DNA from: a virus
Direction: 5' to 3' (one strand)
DNA: 64,000 nt
Virus record (IMG/VR): IMGVR_UViG_3300029893_000004
Location: 11,780 to 75,779 of that record
Positions 8,654 through 18,773 of the stretch are shown in pieces (the first letter of the stretch is position 1; each line of letters opens with the position of its first letter). The translations under genes were made by a program, and so were the position numbers. Under the pieces are notes generated by a model, which worked only from the letters and a program-made list of their open reading frames with translations, did no database searches and had not been told where the DNA came from.

Positions 8654-9771
8654 GCCCGCTGCATCGACACCTTGCCCAGGCGCACGGTGAGCATCCCGGC
8701 CGCCGCGTTGGTCACTTCGATCCGAACCTCATAGCGCTTGTCCGAGTCGACGGTGTGCGCCGGGGTTGGCATCCAGATCTTGTTGCCGTTGAAGTTCGCG
8801 TGCACTGTGGTCGTAAACAGCGTGGTCGCGGTCGCGCTGTTGTCCACCTCCGAGATCGTGATCGTCCCGCCGGAGGCCGCGTTGGCGATGATTTGCATCG
8901 ACATCCGCGTGATCTTGTGCCCGCCGCGCAGGTCCAGCCCCAGGTAGTACGTGCCCGTCGTCGCACCGGCGCCGTCGCCGATGAACGTGACGCCGCTCGT
9001 TGCCCGGCTGATCGTCCCGCCGCTGGCCGTGGCGTTGCCGTTCATGATCGGCAGGGTCTGGGTGTACGTCTCCTCCTCCTCGAGCGTCGTCACCCGCGTG
9101 TGCAGCCCCTCCAGGTCGTCCGACGGTACATCGTCCCAATCGCTGGTGCCCTTGGCCTCCAGGATGGCCTGCGCGAGCAGCGAGAGCGTGAGCAGCACGC
9201 CGCCCACGGACGTCGGCGCGATGGTTGCGCCGAGCGCCAGGGCGTTGTTGGCCGTGAGGGTCGGCACGTTCGGGCTGCCGCCGTCCCAGGCCGTGACCGT
9301 CGCAACCGTGAAGTAGTTGGCCGTGGGGTTGCTCAGGGGCGCGGGCGCGCTCGCCGCGAACTGCAGATCGACGAGATCCACGCGCTGCGTATTCGCCGAA
9401 AACGCCGTTTCACCGCTTCCGACGTCCTTGACGCGGTTCAGCGCGTTGGTTTCAGTGGTGCCGACCTGAATCGCGCCATACAGCCGGATTCCGACCGTGC
9501 CGATGAGCGCGGGCGGGATGACGGCAGACGTCACGCTGGCCGCGGTGGTCGTGATGTTGCCCGCGGCGTCGACGAGCATGGTTCCGGCCGGGATGGTCGC
9601 CCTCTGCGTCGATGTCGAGTACACGATCGAACTCGGCAGGACGAGAATGCCCGCCCCACCGTTGAACAGCGCGGTCCCGAGCGTACGTGCGAGATCCTCC
9701 ACGCCGTCAAGCAGCAGCTCGTTGTGCACCCGGTCGTACCGCTCGCCCGCTACGACATTCAGCCTCTTCAC
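8650..9771 (-). CDS. Baseplate/tail-fibre-associated structural protein
   Basis: Follows baseplate J; AGGAGG RBS; beta-rich sequence. Confidence 0.6.
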   Translation of the reverse strand: MKRLNVVAGERYDRVHNELLLDGVEDLARTLGTALFNGGAGILVLPSSIVYSTSTQRATIPAGTMLVDAAGNITTTAASVTSAVIPPALIGTVGIRLYGAIQVGTTETNALNRVKDVGSGETAFSANTQRVDLVDLQFAASAPAPLSNPTANYFTVATVTAWDGGSPNVPTLTANNALALGATIAPTSVGGVLLTLSLLAQAILEAKGTSDWDDVPSDDLEGLHTRVTTLEEEETYTQTLPIMNGNATASGGTISRATSGVTFIGDGAGATTGTYYLGLDLRGGHKITRMSMQIIANAASGGTITISEVDNSATATTLFTTTVHANFNGNKIWMPTPAHTVDSDKRYEVRIEVTNAAAGMLTVRLGKVSMQRA

Positions 9772-9781
9772 GACGTGCCTC

Positions 9782-11140
9782 CTACGAGAGTGCCAGCGTC
9801 ACGTCATCGGACGTGATGCGGATGACCTTGTTCTGCCCGGGCGTCTGGTCTGCGGTCGGGCTGGTCAAGTCGAAGTCCAGCGCGCCGTCCACGTTCATGG
9901 CGGCCCGCACGATCTGCCCCGTGTAGAGCGTCTCGCCGATGTCCAGGCTGTTGACGAGCGCCACGATCGCCGTCGTGACGTCGTCCTGCACGGTGCTCGA
10001 CGTGTAGCCCTTCCGCACGCGCAGGGTCGCGCTGATGGTCACGGTCTGGCTGACGGCGCCCTGGACGAGAATGCTCGCGCCGTCCGCCACCTTCGGCGGG
10101 TAGGTCACGAGGTCGGCGGGGTCGCCGTAGATGAGCCGGTGCGCCTCCGCGACGAGCCCGGTCCAGTACGAGTAACCGTCATCCAGCGTGTACGCGCTGG
10201 CAGCCGTCGCGGCGCTCGCCAGGATGAAGGCGCCCGTCGCCCGGTCGCAGCGGTAGTCGGTGCCGTTCGTGAGCGCGACGCCGTCCTTGTACAGCACGGG
10301 CACCGCCACGATCGGCGCGAACTGCGTGTAGAAGACGGTCTCCGTCCCGAGCGCCGAGCCGATCAACGTCTCGCTCGCGACCACCGCCACCTTGCCGGAC
10401 AGTAGACCCGTGCCGTCGTCGACGTAGAGGATGGACTGCCCGGCCTCGCTGCCCGGGAAGCTCTTCGCGAACTTCACGCGCTCGCCCGTGTCGAGCTCCG
10501 CCTCGCGCGCCCGTGTCTCGAGCGCCGTGCGGTTGCACCCGCTGAGGCTCCGGAGGTAGGCGACGATGCGCGCCCGGAACTCGTCATCCGTCTCGCGATC
10601 GGTGCCGCCCGTGGCTGCGGTCGTGTTGGCAAACGACAGGCCGGCCGGCGACGTGCTCACGACGCGCAGGATGGACCCCACCGCGCCGTTGGCGCTCGTA
10701 CCCACCTGCTGCGCGATGACCTGCACCGCGGCGCTGGTCGAAGACCCGTCGCTGATGGTGGTGGACGCGACGCTCTGATAGCTCACGCCGTCGGAGCGCG
10801 CCACGACGTGCCCGGCCGGGATGGTCTGGGCGCCCGTGGTGCCCGAGCGGCTGAAGGTGCCGTAGGCCGTCGCTCGGGTGCCGGCGCGCCGCTGCTGGCC
10901 GTCGGGTAGCACCTCCAGCGCGAAGGCGTCGAGGTCCTCGCCGGTCAGGCGCCCGAGGATGCGCTGGTTGCGCAGCGTGAGCACGCCCTGGGCGATCTCG
11001 TGCAGGGCCTGGGCGAAGGCTCCGAGGAGCTGCGCGAGCTCTCCCGCTTCGTGCAGGTCGGTCAGCTCGGTCCGCGCGACGACGCGGGCCGCCAGGCGCC
11101 GGAAGATGTCCCGGGCCGTCGGGGGCGTGTAGGCTGCCAT
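9782..11140 (-). CDS. Baseplate J-like wedge protein
   Basis: LTGEDLD...QRRAGTRAT...IPAGHVV...GGTDRETDDEFRARI motif. Confidence 0.9.
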   Translation of the reverse strand: MAAYTPPTARDIFRRLAARVVARTELTDLHEAGELAQLLGAFAQALHEIAQGVLTLRNQRILGRLTGEDLDAFALEVLPDGQQRRAGTRATAYGTFSRSGTTGAQTIPAGHVVARSDGVSYQSVASTTISDGSSTSAAVQVIAQQVGTSANGAVGSILRVVSTSPAGLSFANTTAATGGTDRETDDEFRARIVAYLRSLSGCNRTALETRAREAELDTGERVKFAKSFPGSEAGQSILYVDDGTGLLSGKVAVVASETLIGSALGTETVFYTQFAPIVAVPVLYKDGVALTNGTDYRCDRATGAFILASAATAASAYTLDDGYSYWTGLVAEAHRLIYGDPADLVTYPPKVADGASILVQGAVSQTVTISATLRVRKGYTSSTVQDDVTTAIVALVNSLDIGETLYTGQIVRAAMNVDGALDFDLTSPTADQTPGQNKVIRITSDDVTLALS

Positions 11141-11149
11141 GGTCTCCCG

Positions 11150-12919
11150 CTACAGGTTGGGGGTGCTGGCGAGGGTGATGGCGGGCGTGGCGCGGTTGCC
11201 GCGGAGCTTGACGCGCACGGCCAGCTCGACGGACGTCCCGCCGTCGACGCCGCTCGGGTCCTCGACGCCCTCGACGCGGTCGTCGGCGGCCGCCTGCTCG
11301 GTGAGGTACGCGAGCAGCACGGCAGATGTGCCTGCCTCGTTGGGCTCGCCCACAGCGCGAGGAAGGCCCACGCGCGGGAACACGGGGTTCGCGCCGCGCA
11401 CGGTGGCGAAGCGCGCGTTCAGGCCCTGCTCGGCCGCCGGCTGCCCACGCACGAGGCGCACGTCGTCGCCCGACGCGTCGATCTCCCACTCGCCGGTCTG
11501 CTCGCTGCGGTAGACGTCGACGCCGAACAGGCGCTCCTCGACCGTGTGGTCGACCACGGGGAAGACGTCGACCACGGCGGGCGGCACGCTGGCGGCCGGC
11601 AGGATGATGTCGTCGCCGGGCCCGAGGGTGCCGGCGATCTTCACCGGGCTGATGAACGGCCAGACGAGGTTGTTCGCCGCGGCGATGGCCGGCGCCTCGG
11701 ACTCGAAGCCGTAGTACAGGAGCGCGATGCTGGCCAGCGTGTCGCCGCGCTTGATCCGGTGCACGCCGTCGCGCTTGCTCTCCTGCAGCGTCGAGACGAC
11801 GTAGGCCAGCGCCACGGAGTCGCGCGCGTTGCGGATCGCCGCGTGCGTGTCCTCGAACCACCCGGCGCTCCCGCGCTGGATGCCGAGGTCCTCGAGCGTG
11901 CGCTCCAGCGTGTAGATGGCGTTGTCGGCGAGGTCGAAGATGCTGCCGATGGTCTGCTTGACGAGCGCCCGGCCGTTGGCGATCTCGCCCGTCAGGTCCT
12001 GCACGCTTTCGAGCACGCGGTCGAGCGCCTCGATGGGCTCCAGGATGGCGGCCGTGACGTTCAGCGCGTCGGCCACGTTGGCGCGCGCGATCTGAAGCCA
12101 CAGGCTGGCCGTGTCGATGTAGTCGGCCACGTCCCGAGCGCCGTTGATGGCGTCGCCCAGCGCGCCCTGCAGGAGCGACGCGGGCTCCTCCTTGACCTCC
12201 TGGTACGCCTGCAGCCGGAACTCGAAGGACGGCGTCACCTTGTTCCGGTCGTCGAACTCCCAGCGGTACGGGTCGAGCTTGACGAGCTGGTGCATCTTCT
12301 GCCCGAAGTCGCGCCAGATCAGCTCGTACTTTGGCTGCCCCGCCGTGGCGTTGTTCGTGAGCACGAACTTGATGAACTCGCGGAGCTCGTAGAACAGCCG
12401 CGGGCTATCCCAGAAGCGCGGGGCGCCGTTGCGGTCGGTGCCGAGGCGGTACTTCAGCCCGACCTTGCCGCCCACGGTCACGTTGACGAGCCGCTGGCCC
12501 TTGTCCTCGACGACGGCCGCGTCCTGCGTGAACGTGAGCACGGACGCCGGGACCGGCTCGTAGCGCACCATCTCGGGCGGAATGGGCAGTGCGTAGACGA
12601 TCTGCGGCGGGGCGCCGGCTTGACCGACGGCGATGGGGTCGAACTTGGGGCGCGGGTCTTCGGGGCGAAGAGCGCTGTTGCCCGTGATGGGCCCGCGGTT
12701 GATGAAGACTCCAGCGCCCGGCCCGTCGACGGAGTCGAAGCCCTGCGCGTAGATCTCGCTCGGCTCCAGCACGACGAACAGGCGGCCTTCGGGCGGAACG
12801 TCGCCGACTGCCGCGTTCGCCAGATCGGCCTCTGCGATGGCCGCCTTGAACGGGTCGCTGGCCGGGACAGCGCGCCGCGCCTCGAGCACGTGCGTGAGCG
12901 GGAACGGCTGCAGTGCCAT
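11150..12919 (-). CDS. LysM-containing tube-initiator-like protein fused to a gp25-like sheath initiator
   Basis: HRIKRGDTLASIALLYYG...IAAANNL (LysM); C-terminal LFGVD...GDDVRLVRG...QGLNARFATVRG..P.FPRVG. Confidence 0.7.
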   Translation of the reverse strand: MALQPFPLTHVLEARRAVPASDPFKAAIAEADLANAAVGDVPPEGRLFVVLEPSEIYAQGFDSVDGPGAGVFINRGPITGNSALRPEDPRPKFDPIAVGQAGAPPQIVYALPIPPEMVRYEPVPASVLTFTQDAAVVEDKGQRLVNVTVGGKVGLKYRLGTDRNGAPRFWDSPRLFYELREFIKFVLTNNATAGQPKYELIWRDFGQKMHQLVKLDPYRWEFDDRNKVTPSFEFRLQAYQEVKEEPASLLQGALGDAINGARDVADYIDTASLWLQIARANVADALNVTAAILEPIEALDRVLESVQDLTGEIANGRALVKQTIGSIFDLADNAIYTLERTLEDLGIQRGSAGWFEDTHAAIRNARDSVALAYVVSTLQESKRDGVHRIKRGDTLASIALLYYGFESEAPAIAAANNLVWPFISPVKIAGTLGPGDDIILPAASVPPAVVDVFPVVDHTVEERLFGVDVYRSEQTGEWEIDASGDDVRLVRGQPAAEQGLNARFATVRGANPVFPRVGLPRAVGEPNEAGTSAVLLAYLTEQAAADDRVEGVEDPSGVDGGTSVELAVRVKLRGNRATPAITLASTPNL

Positions 12920-12922
12920 GGT

Positions 12923-13699
12923 CTACCCTGCCTTGACGGTCTCGGATGCGGCGGTGATGGCGCCCTTGATGGGCGTCGTCGGCTGCACGATGGTCGGGTC
13001 GATGGTCTTGGCTGCGGCGCCCACCTTCGCGACCCACGCCGCCCACGTCGTGTTGAGCGCCGCGTCGAGCGGGTCGACCTGCACCTCGTCGTCAAGCCGC
13101 GCCACGCCCTTGCCGTCGTCGTCGGTGTTGATCAGCACGGTCTCGCCGTGCACCTCGACACTGTCCGTGACCTTGACGCGCACGGCGCCCGCCTGCGAGA
13201 CGAGCACCTGTTCGCCGTTCGCGAATCGCAAATGCGCAACGACGGACGTGCCGTCCTCGGGCTTCCACTGCGCGCGCGGGTGCGGGCGGGAGCCGCGGAT
13301 GATCGGGTCGTCCACGTTGCCGTCGAAGAAGTCGATGACCACGTGGTCGCCGTCCATGTCCGCGAGCAGCGTGGTCTCGACCCAGCGCGGGATCTCGGTG
13401 TTGGGCGCGTAGGTCAGCGCCTCGCCCGTGTTCAGGCTGCGCGTCGTCGGCCGGGGCACCCACAGCGCGAGGCTCGCGTAGCCGCCGCGCTGCTCGACAG
13501 GCACGTGCCGCAGCACGCGACGGCCGCGGTAGAGCACCACGTCGCACTCGACGCCCACGTCGGCGCGGTTGCCCGTGGCGTTGACGAGGTACGTGGCGAG
13601 CACCACGCCCTTCGTCGGCCCCGGGGCATGGCGCGGAGCGGTTGGGCGCACGGACAGTGGCACGCTCGCGCTGTGCATCGTGCCGTCGGGGTGCTTCAC
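12923..13699 (-). CDS. Baseplate spike/puncture protein (gpV-like)
   Basis: OB-fold-like N-terminus, GDHVVIDFFDGNVDDPIIRG; position after the hub. Confidence 0.65.
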   Translation of the reverse strand: MKHPDGTMHSASVPLSVRPTAPRHAPGPTKGVVLATYLVNATGNRADVGVECDVVLYRGRRVLRHVPVEQRGGYASLALWVPRPTTRSLNTGEALTYAPNTEIPRWVETTLLADMDGDHVVIDFFDGNVDDPIIRGSRPHPRAQWKPEDGTSVVAHLRFANGEQVLVSQAGAVRVKVTDSVEVHGETVLINTDDDGKGVARLDDEVQVDPLDAALNTTWAAWVAKVGAAAKTIDPTIVQPTTPIKGAITAASETVKAG

Positions 13700-15885
13700 T
13701 TCCAGCTCTCCGGCTCGGGCGCGAGGTACGACGCCAGCGGCTGCAGGCGCGTGACCATGATCTGCGTCTGGGCGTTGGCGACGGCGCCGGTCGCGGGGTC
13801 GATCTGGAACGCCTTGACGACGCCCTCGATGTAGCCGTGGCTCGGCGGATCACCGTCGTCGCTCGTGTCGGTGAGCAGCAGCTTGTGGCCGACCAGCGCC
13901 CGGGCGTCGAGCCACGGGACCGTGACGGAGCCGCCGAACATGCGCGGGAGCGGGTGGTTCCAGCGAAAGAGCGTCTCGTTGAAGTCGCGCACCTGCTCGG
14001 CGTAGCCGCCGCCGGTGAGGTCCTCGATCTCCTCCTCGGTCAGCGTCTGGTCGTCGAGCGCGCCCACGAACTCGGGCGAGAACAGGAAGCGCGCCTCGAC
14101 GTCCATGCTGCGCAGGCCGTGCGGGTAGATGCGCGGCGCGTCGATGGCCGGGATGCGCCCTGCCCCGCCGCCGACCATCTCGTCCCAGATGGGCCCCGTG
14201 ACTTCGCTCGTGGCCGGCGGCCGCGCGAAGAAGTAGTTGAAGCGCTCGGTTCCTCCGCGGCCGAGGTCCTCGGCGAGCAGGTCGCCCCAGCGCAGCGTGC
14301 AGGCCGGGAGCGCGTCCCAGTCGGCCTTGTCCAGCGGGCGGCGCCGGAACACGACGACGGGCGCCCAGCCGCCGGTCAGGCGCGCCAGCTTGCTCGCGCT
14401 GCCGTTCGCCACGCGCCGCGTGTCGTAGAACAGCTCGCAGAAGACCGGATCGGCCTGCCCGCGCACGAACGCGTCGACCGTGGACTTGCCCATCTGGTAG
14501 AGCGTCGATAGCTGCCACCAGCGGCCGCGGATGCCGTTGCTCGGGTCGTTGTACGTGGCCAGGTCCAGGACGTCGAGCCAGTCCCAGCGCGGCATGTTGC
14601 CGAGCGGGCGGCCGGCCGCGGTCGTCGTCGGCCGGTTCGTCGCCAGCGCGCGCGCCGCAAGCGGTCCGGGCACGGCGAACGCACCGTCGCCCGACTGCCC
14701 GGGGACCGCCTCGACGGCCTCGGGCTTCGACAGGTCGGGGGCGGCCTCTGCCTCGATGGCGTCGTCGGTCGTCGGCGCGTCGTCGGTCGACGTCTCGACG
14801 GTGCCGGCGCCAGGCACGGGCTTCAGCGCGAGGAACGCCGCAACGTCCGCTGCGCTCGGGACCAGCGCCGGGTTGGTCGGCTTGCCCTTGGCCCAGATCG
14901 GCCGCGTGTCTCCGCCGTCTCCCGTCTCGCCGATGTCGTAGTGCACGAACGTGGCGTAGAAGATGACGCCGAAGCTGGCCGGCAGGTCGCCGGCGGCGAT
15001 GGCGTCGCTGATCTTCTCCGCGACCTGCAGCGGCGTGAGCCCGGCCACGCGGATGTCGGCGGCCTTGCCCAGCAGATGGCGCGAGCGGGGCGCGCTCGGA
15101 TTGATCTTCTGCTGCGCCCTCTTGCTGCGGAAGCCGCCGGCGGGCGTGATGGTCACGGCCGCGTTGTTGAAGTAGTTGTCGCGCAGCGTCTGCAGGTGCC
15201 CGGCGAGCGTCGCGAGGTTCGCCTTCTGCGTGGCGTCCGGCGGGTCGTCGCCCGGAATCAGGAACTCCCGGATGTGGAAGTTCGTCGTCAACTGCCCCTC
15301 TTTCAGGGGCGACGGCGCGGGCGGCTTCTGCGGGATGGCCGGGGCCTGCGGCGGGGTGGGCTCGTTCGGCAGCGGCGTAGCCTTGATGATGCGCCGCGGA
15401 CGGAAGACCTCCTCGAACAAGTGGCGCAGGATGTCGCGCGGCGCGTACTCGGACGGCGTGAGCACGCGCGCGACTGTCTCCATGTTCGCGCTGAGCATGC
15501 CCGGGAGCGTCGGCAGGTTCGCGTCGAAGCGGAACTCGTGCACCTCGAACGGCTTGCCGACGTGACGGGCAACGATCGTGTACGCGCGCTGCACGGCGCC
15601 CGAACGGTCGACGCGCTTGGAGCGGGTCACGGAGTCGACCAGCGCCACATGCACGCGCTCGCCGTACGGGCCTTGCTCGCGCACGATGAGCCAGTCGTCG
15701 TCAGCGATGATCCGCCGCGGGTCGGGCCGGTCGGCCGGCCACTTGAACTGGACGGCGAGCGGCCAGGAGACGCGCGCCATGTGCTCCTGGATCTGGTAGC
15801 CGGTCAGATACGGCGTGAGCTCGTGGACGGAGCCCGCGTGCGTATAGACGGTCGCCAGGACGCGTGAGTCGGGAAACATCGTCAC
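13696..15885 (-). CDS. Baseplate hub with inserted peptidase M15 (LAS family) domain
   Basis: NFHIREF...GGFRS...N....SRHLLGKAADI...FVHYDI; hub-like flanks. Confidence 0.75.
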   Translation of the reverse strand: MTMFPDSRVLATVYTHAGSVHELTPYLTGYQIQEHMARVSWPLAVQFKWPADRPDPRRIIADDDWLIVREQGPYGERVHVALVDSVTRSKRVDRSGAVQRAYTIVARHVGKPFEVHEFRFDANLPTLPGMLSANMETVARVLTPSEYAPRDILRHLFEEVFRPRRIIKATPLPNEPTPPQAPAIPQKPPAPSPLKEGQLTTNFHIREFLIPGDDPPDATQKANLATLAGHLQTLRDNYFNNAAVTITPAGGFRSKRAQQKINPSAPRSRHLLGKAADIRVAGLTPLQVAEKISDAIAAGDLPASFGVIFYATFVHYDIGETGDGGDTRPIWAKGKPTNPALVPSAADVAAFLALKPVPGAGTVETSTDDAPTTDDAIEAEAAPDLSKPEAVEAVPGQSGDGAFAVPGPLAARALATNRPTTTAAGRPLGNMPRWDWLDVLDLATYNDPSNGIRGRWWQLSTLYQMGKSTVDAFVRGQADPVFCELFYDTRRVANGSASKLARLTGGWAPVVVFRRRPLDKADWDALPACTLRWGDLLAEDLGRGGTERFNYFFARPPATSEVTGPIWDEMVGGGAGRIPAIDAPRIYPHGLRSMDVEARFLFSPEFVGALDDQTLTEEEIEDLTGGGYAEQVRDFNETLFRWNHPLPRMFGGSVTVPWLDARALVGHKLLLTDTSDDGDPPSHGYIEGVVKAFQIDPATGAVANAQTQIMVTRLQPLASYLAPEPESWK

Positions 15886-17627
15886 GACGCACCCACCATG
15901 ACGTCAGGCGCTACCGGCAGGCCCGTGATGGTGCCGCGCTCGTCGCGGATGACGATCGCGATGACCTGCTGGCCGGGGCGAACGCCGTCGAAGGAACTGA
16001 GCGGGCCGCGAAACTTCAGGCCGCCCGAGCCCATCGGCCCATCGGTCGACGGCGGGGGCGGGCCCTCCAGCACCTTCTGGATTGCTCCTCGGGCTGCGCC
16101 AACGGCGCCGCGAACGCCGCGGATGATCACCGCGGGCGCGCGCGCCGCGCCGCCCTTGAAGCTCTCCTTCGCGCGCTCCAGCGCCTCCATCTCGGGCAGG
16201 TACTTTTCGCCCGTGCCGATGCGCGCACCCTCGATCTCGGCGCGCGTGCGCAGGACGCGCAGCGCCTCGTTCAGCAGCGGGCTCGCGTCTTCCAGTGGCG
16301 CGTCGGCCACGCCGCGACGGCCACCGTAGCCGAGCAGGTCGAGCGCGGAGCGCATGGACAAGCGCCCGGGCGACTGCCCGAGCAGCGCGAACGCTGCCAT
16401 GCTTGGCGAGCCCGGGAACATGCCGCGCGCGCCGCCGACGAAGCGGTCGAGGATCGTGCCGTCGGCCTGGTCGCGGTCGATGGCGAGCATTGCGCGCACC
16501 GGGTTGCCCTCGGCCTCGCGCAGATAGCGCGCGAGAACCAAGTCCTGCAGCGCCTGCGGGGGGATGACGCCAGCGATGCGGCCGCGTAGGCCCTCGCCCA
16601 CGTCCTGGAAGGTCTGGATGGCGTCGAGCGCGCGCGTGCCCTCGAAGCGCGCGCTGCCCGTGGCTCGCAGGCCCGCCTGGACGGCGAGCAGGCGCAGCGG
16701 GTCGACGTCCATGCCGCGCGCCGCGAAGCGCGTGGTGAGGTCGGCGACGCGCGCAAGGTAGTCGGGCAGCTTGGCGTTCTTCAGGCCCTGCGCGAGCCCC
16801 TCGCCGATGGACGCCCGGAAGAACTTCGCGGTCTCCTCGGGGTTGCGCCCGCCGATGCCGCCGGCGCCTGCCCCGAAGATGGCCGCAGCGCCGCCCGACA
16901 CTTCCGCGCTGATGCCTCGGGTGCGCTCGAGGGCCAGCACGTCCATGATTCCGAGGCCGCGGTCCTCGAGTCCGGACGACCGCACGAAGCCCGCGAAGCG
17001 CCGCAGGGCGTCGGTCGGCCCGTAGCCGAGCCGCGTGCTGCCCCAGAGCCCCATGAGCAGGCCGGCCTGTCCGGCGAGCCCGCGCGCTCCGAACGGGGCG
17101 ACGCCGGCTATCGCCTCGCGATAGCCGGTGACGGCGCTGTAGCCCTCGTCGAAGCCCTGCTTGGCCGCCATGAGGCCCGCGCCGCCAATCGCCAGACCGG
17201 CGAGCGCGTAGGGGTTCATGGTGAGCGCCGACAGGCCACCCAGGATGCCACCCGGGCTGCCCGACGCCATGGCGTTGATCGTGCCCGCGCCGAGTTGCCC
17301 GGCGCCAAGCACGCGCTGCTGGCCCATGGCGACGGCGCGCGCCTCCTCGCGCTGCTGCCGGCGCTGGGCGTCGTCGGACTGCCGCGCGGCGAGACTCTCG
17401 CGCTTCTGCTTCTCCAGCTCGATGCGCTGCGCCAACTCCTGGTTGCGCATCTCCTGCGACTTGAGCATCTCCTCGGGAGACGCCGCCCGGCCGCCGGTCT
17501 TCTCGAAGCTCTCGCGCACGTCCGCGGCGGTCTTCGCCAGCTTGTCGAGACGCTTCTCGATGGCGTCGATGCCGCTCAGGTCGCCGGCGGAAATGTCGAT
17601 GACCGTCTGCTTGTGCTGCTGCGTCAT
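15882..17627 (-). CDS. Tape measure protein
   Basis: Helical Ala/Gly-rich sequence; follows the tail assembly chaperones. Confidence 0.75.
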   Translation of the reverse strand: MTQQHKQTVIDISAGDLSGIDAIEKRLDKLAKTAADVRESFEKTGGRAASPEEMLKSQEMRNQELAQRIELEKQKRESLAARQSDDAQRRQQREEARAVAMGQQRVLGAGQLGAGTINAMASGSPGGILGGLSALTMNPYALAGLAIGGAGLMAAKQGFDEGYSAVTGYREAIAGVAPFGARGLAGQAGLLMGLWGSTRLGYGPTDALRRFAGFVRSSGLEDRGLGIMDVLALERTRGISAEVSGGAAAIFGAGAGGIGGRNPEETAKFFRASIGEGLAQGLKNAKLPDYLARVADLTTRFAARGMDVDPLRLLAVQAGLRATGSARFEGTRALDAIQTFQDVGEGLRGRIAGVIPPQALQDLVLARYLREAEGNPVRAMLAIDRDQADGTILDRFVGGARGMFPGSPSMAAFALLGQSPGRLSMRSALDLLGYGGRRGVADAPLEDASPLLNEALRVLRTRAEIEGARIGTGEKYLPEMEALERAKESFKGGAARAPAVIIRGVRGAVGAARGAIQKVLEGPPPPSTDGPMGSGGLKFRGPLSSFDGVRPGQQVIAIVIRDERGTITGLPVAPDVMVGAS

Positions 17628-17630
17628 CGG

Positions 17631-17921
17631 TCAGTCTCCGCCGAAGGCCCGCTTCACGCGCTCGTGCGCCTCGCGCTCTGCGCGCATGGCGTCGAGCTCC
17701 GCCCGCTCGCGCTCCGGGTCGTCCATCCAGTCGCCGGTCGCGCTGCGCGCGTCCGCGTCGCCGATGTCGAGCGCGGCGAGCGCCGCCTGATACTCGTCGT
17801 CAGGGAGAAGCGCGATCCGCGCCTCGATCATCTCGCTCTGGCTCAGGTCGCGGACGTCAATCCCCCGTGCGCGCAACCACCACTCGGCCTGCCAAGCCGC
17901 GTCGGAACGCTTCCACGACAC
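17631..17921 (-). CDS. Tail assembly chaperone C-terminal (T) frame, probably reached by frameshift
   Basis: Overlaps G in the +1 frame, no RBS, lies immediately before the tape measure gene. Confidence 0.6.
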   Translation of the reverse strand: MSWKRSDAAWQAEWWLRARGIDVRDLSQSEMIEARIALLPDDEYQAALAALDIGDADARSATGDWMDDPERERAELDAMRAEREAHERVKRAFGGD

Positions 17922-18273
17922 TCGCGCCCGCGTGCTGGCGAAAGTAGCGGTCGGAGTGCTTCCGAGCCTCCGCAGCGAGCAGCGAGTTGACGGTCGGGTC
18001 CCATCCGAGCATGCCCGCCGGATTCAGCGGGTACCACCCGGGCGCCTCAACGCACGCCGTGAGCAGCGTGGCGATGGACTCGAAGTTGTACCGCGCCAGC
18101 GGGTCGAGGGAGTCCCACGCCGCGCCGTGCGCCAGATTGGCCCGGCGGATGGAAATCGTGGCCTCGTCCTCCGGCTCGATGGCACGGAAGACGAAGACCC
18201 CCTCCAGCACTTGGCCGCCCTCGCCCTGCAGGCGAATGGGGTAGCCCTGCTGTCTCTGGACGATGTCGCTCAT
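17857..18273 (-). CDS. Tail assembly chaperone (G)
   Basis: Between tube and tape measure genes; GGAGG RBS; ends YFR... Confidence 0.7.
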   Translation of the reverse strand: MSDIVQRQQGYPIRLQGEGGQVLEGVFVFRAIEPEDEATISIRRANLAHGAAWDSLDPLARYNFESIATLLTACVEAPGWYPLNPAGMLGWDPTVNSLLAAEARKHSDRYFRQHAGASVVEAFRRGLAGRVVVARTGD

Positions 18274-18301
18274 GCCTCCTCCTTACGCGCCGCGAGCGGC
18301 C

Positions 18302-18739
18302 TTACAGCTCGTCGCGGCCCAGGTAGTTGCGCGCCGTGAAGCTCAGGTTCTCCTCGAAGCGACCGTTGGGCGAAATGCTGCCGCCCTCCCCGGTGACGTG
18401 GAAGCCCACGACCTTGCCGATCATGACGTCCTCGTCGATGTCGTAGATGTCGATGTCCTTGCCGTTGAACGCGACGGACGCCCGCACCTGCTGCTCGACG
18501 GTCCCCGCCATGGACGGCGCGATTCCTTCTCCGGACGGCGACTGCCCCGACCCGACGCGCTTGACGCGGCCGATGCTGCCGGAGACGGTGACGCCGGTGA
18601 TGACGATCTCGTCGGCGATGAGCTGGCCCACGGGCTGCACGGGCTGCGTCGCCGTGTTCTTGTTGTACGAGAACGATTCCGCGAAGAATCGCTGGCCGTC
18701 GACGAACAGACGGCACCTCGCGTGCGTACCGGTTGCCAT
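18302..18739 (-). CDS. Tail tube protein
   Basis: 145 aa directly after the sheath; beta-rich; EENLSFTA. Confidence 0.8.
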   Translation of the reverse strand: MATGTHARCRLFVDGQRFFAESFSYNKNTATQPVQPVGQLIADEIVITGVTVSGSIGRVKRVGSGQSPSGEGIAPSMAGTVEQQVRASVAFNGKDIDIYDIDEDVMIGKVVGFHVTGEGGSISPNGRFEENLSFTARNYLGRDEL

Positions 18740-18773
18740 GGGGAGTCTCCTGTGCGCTCAGGGGTGGGATGAA

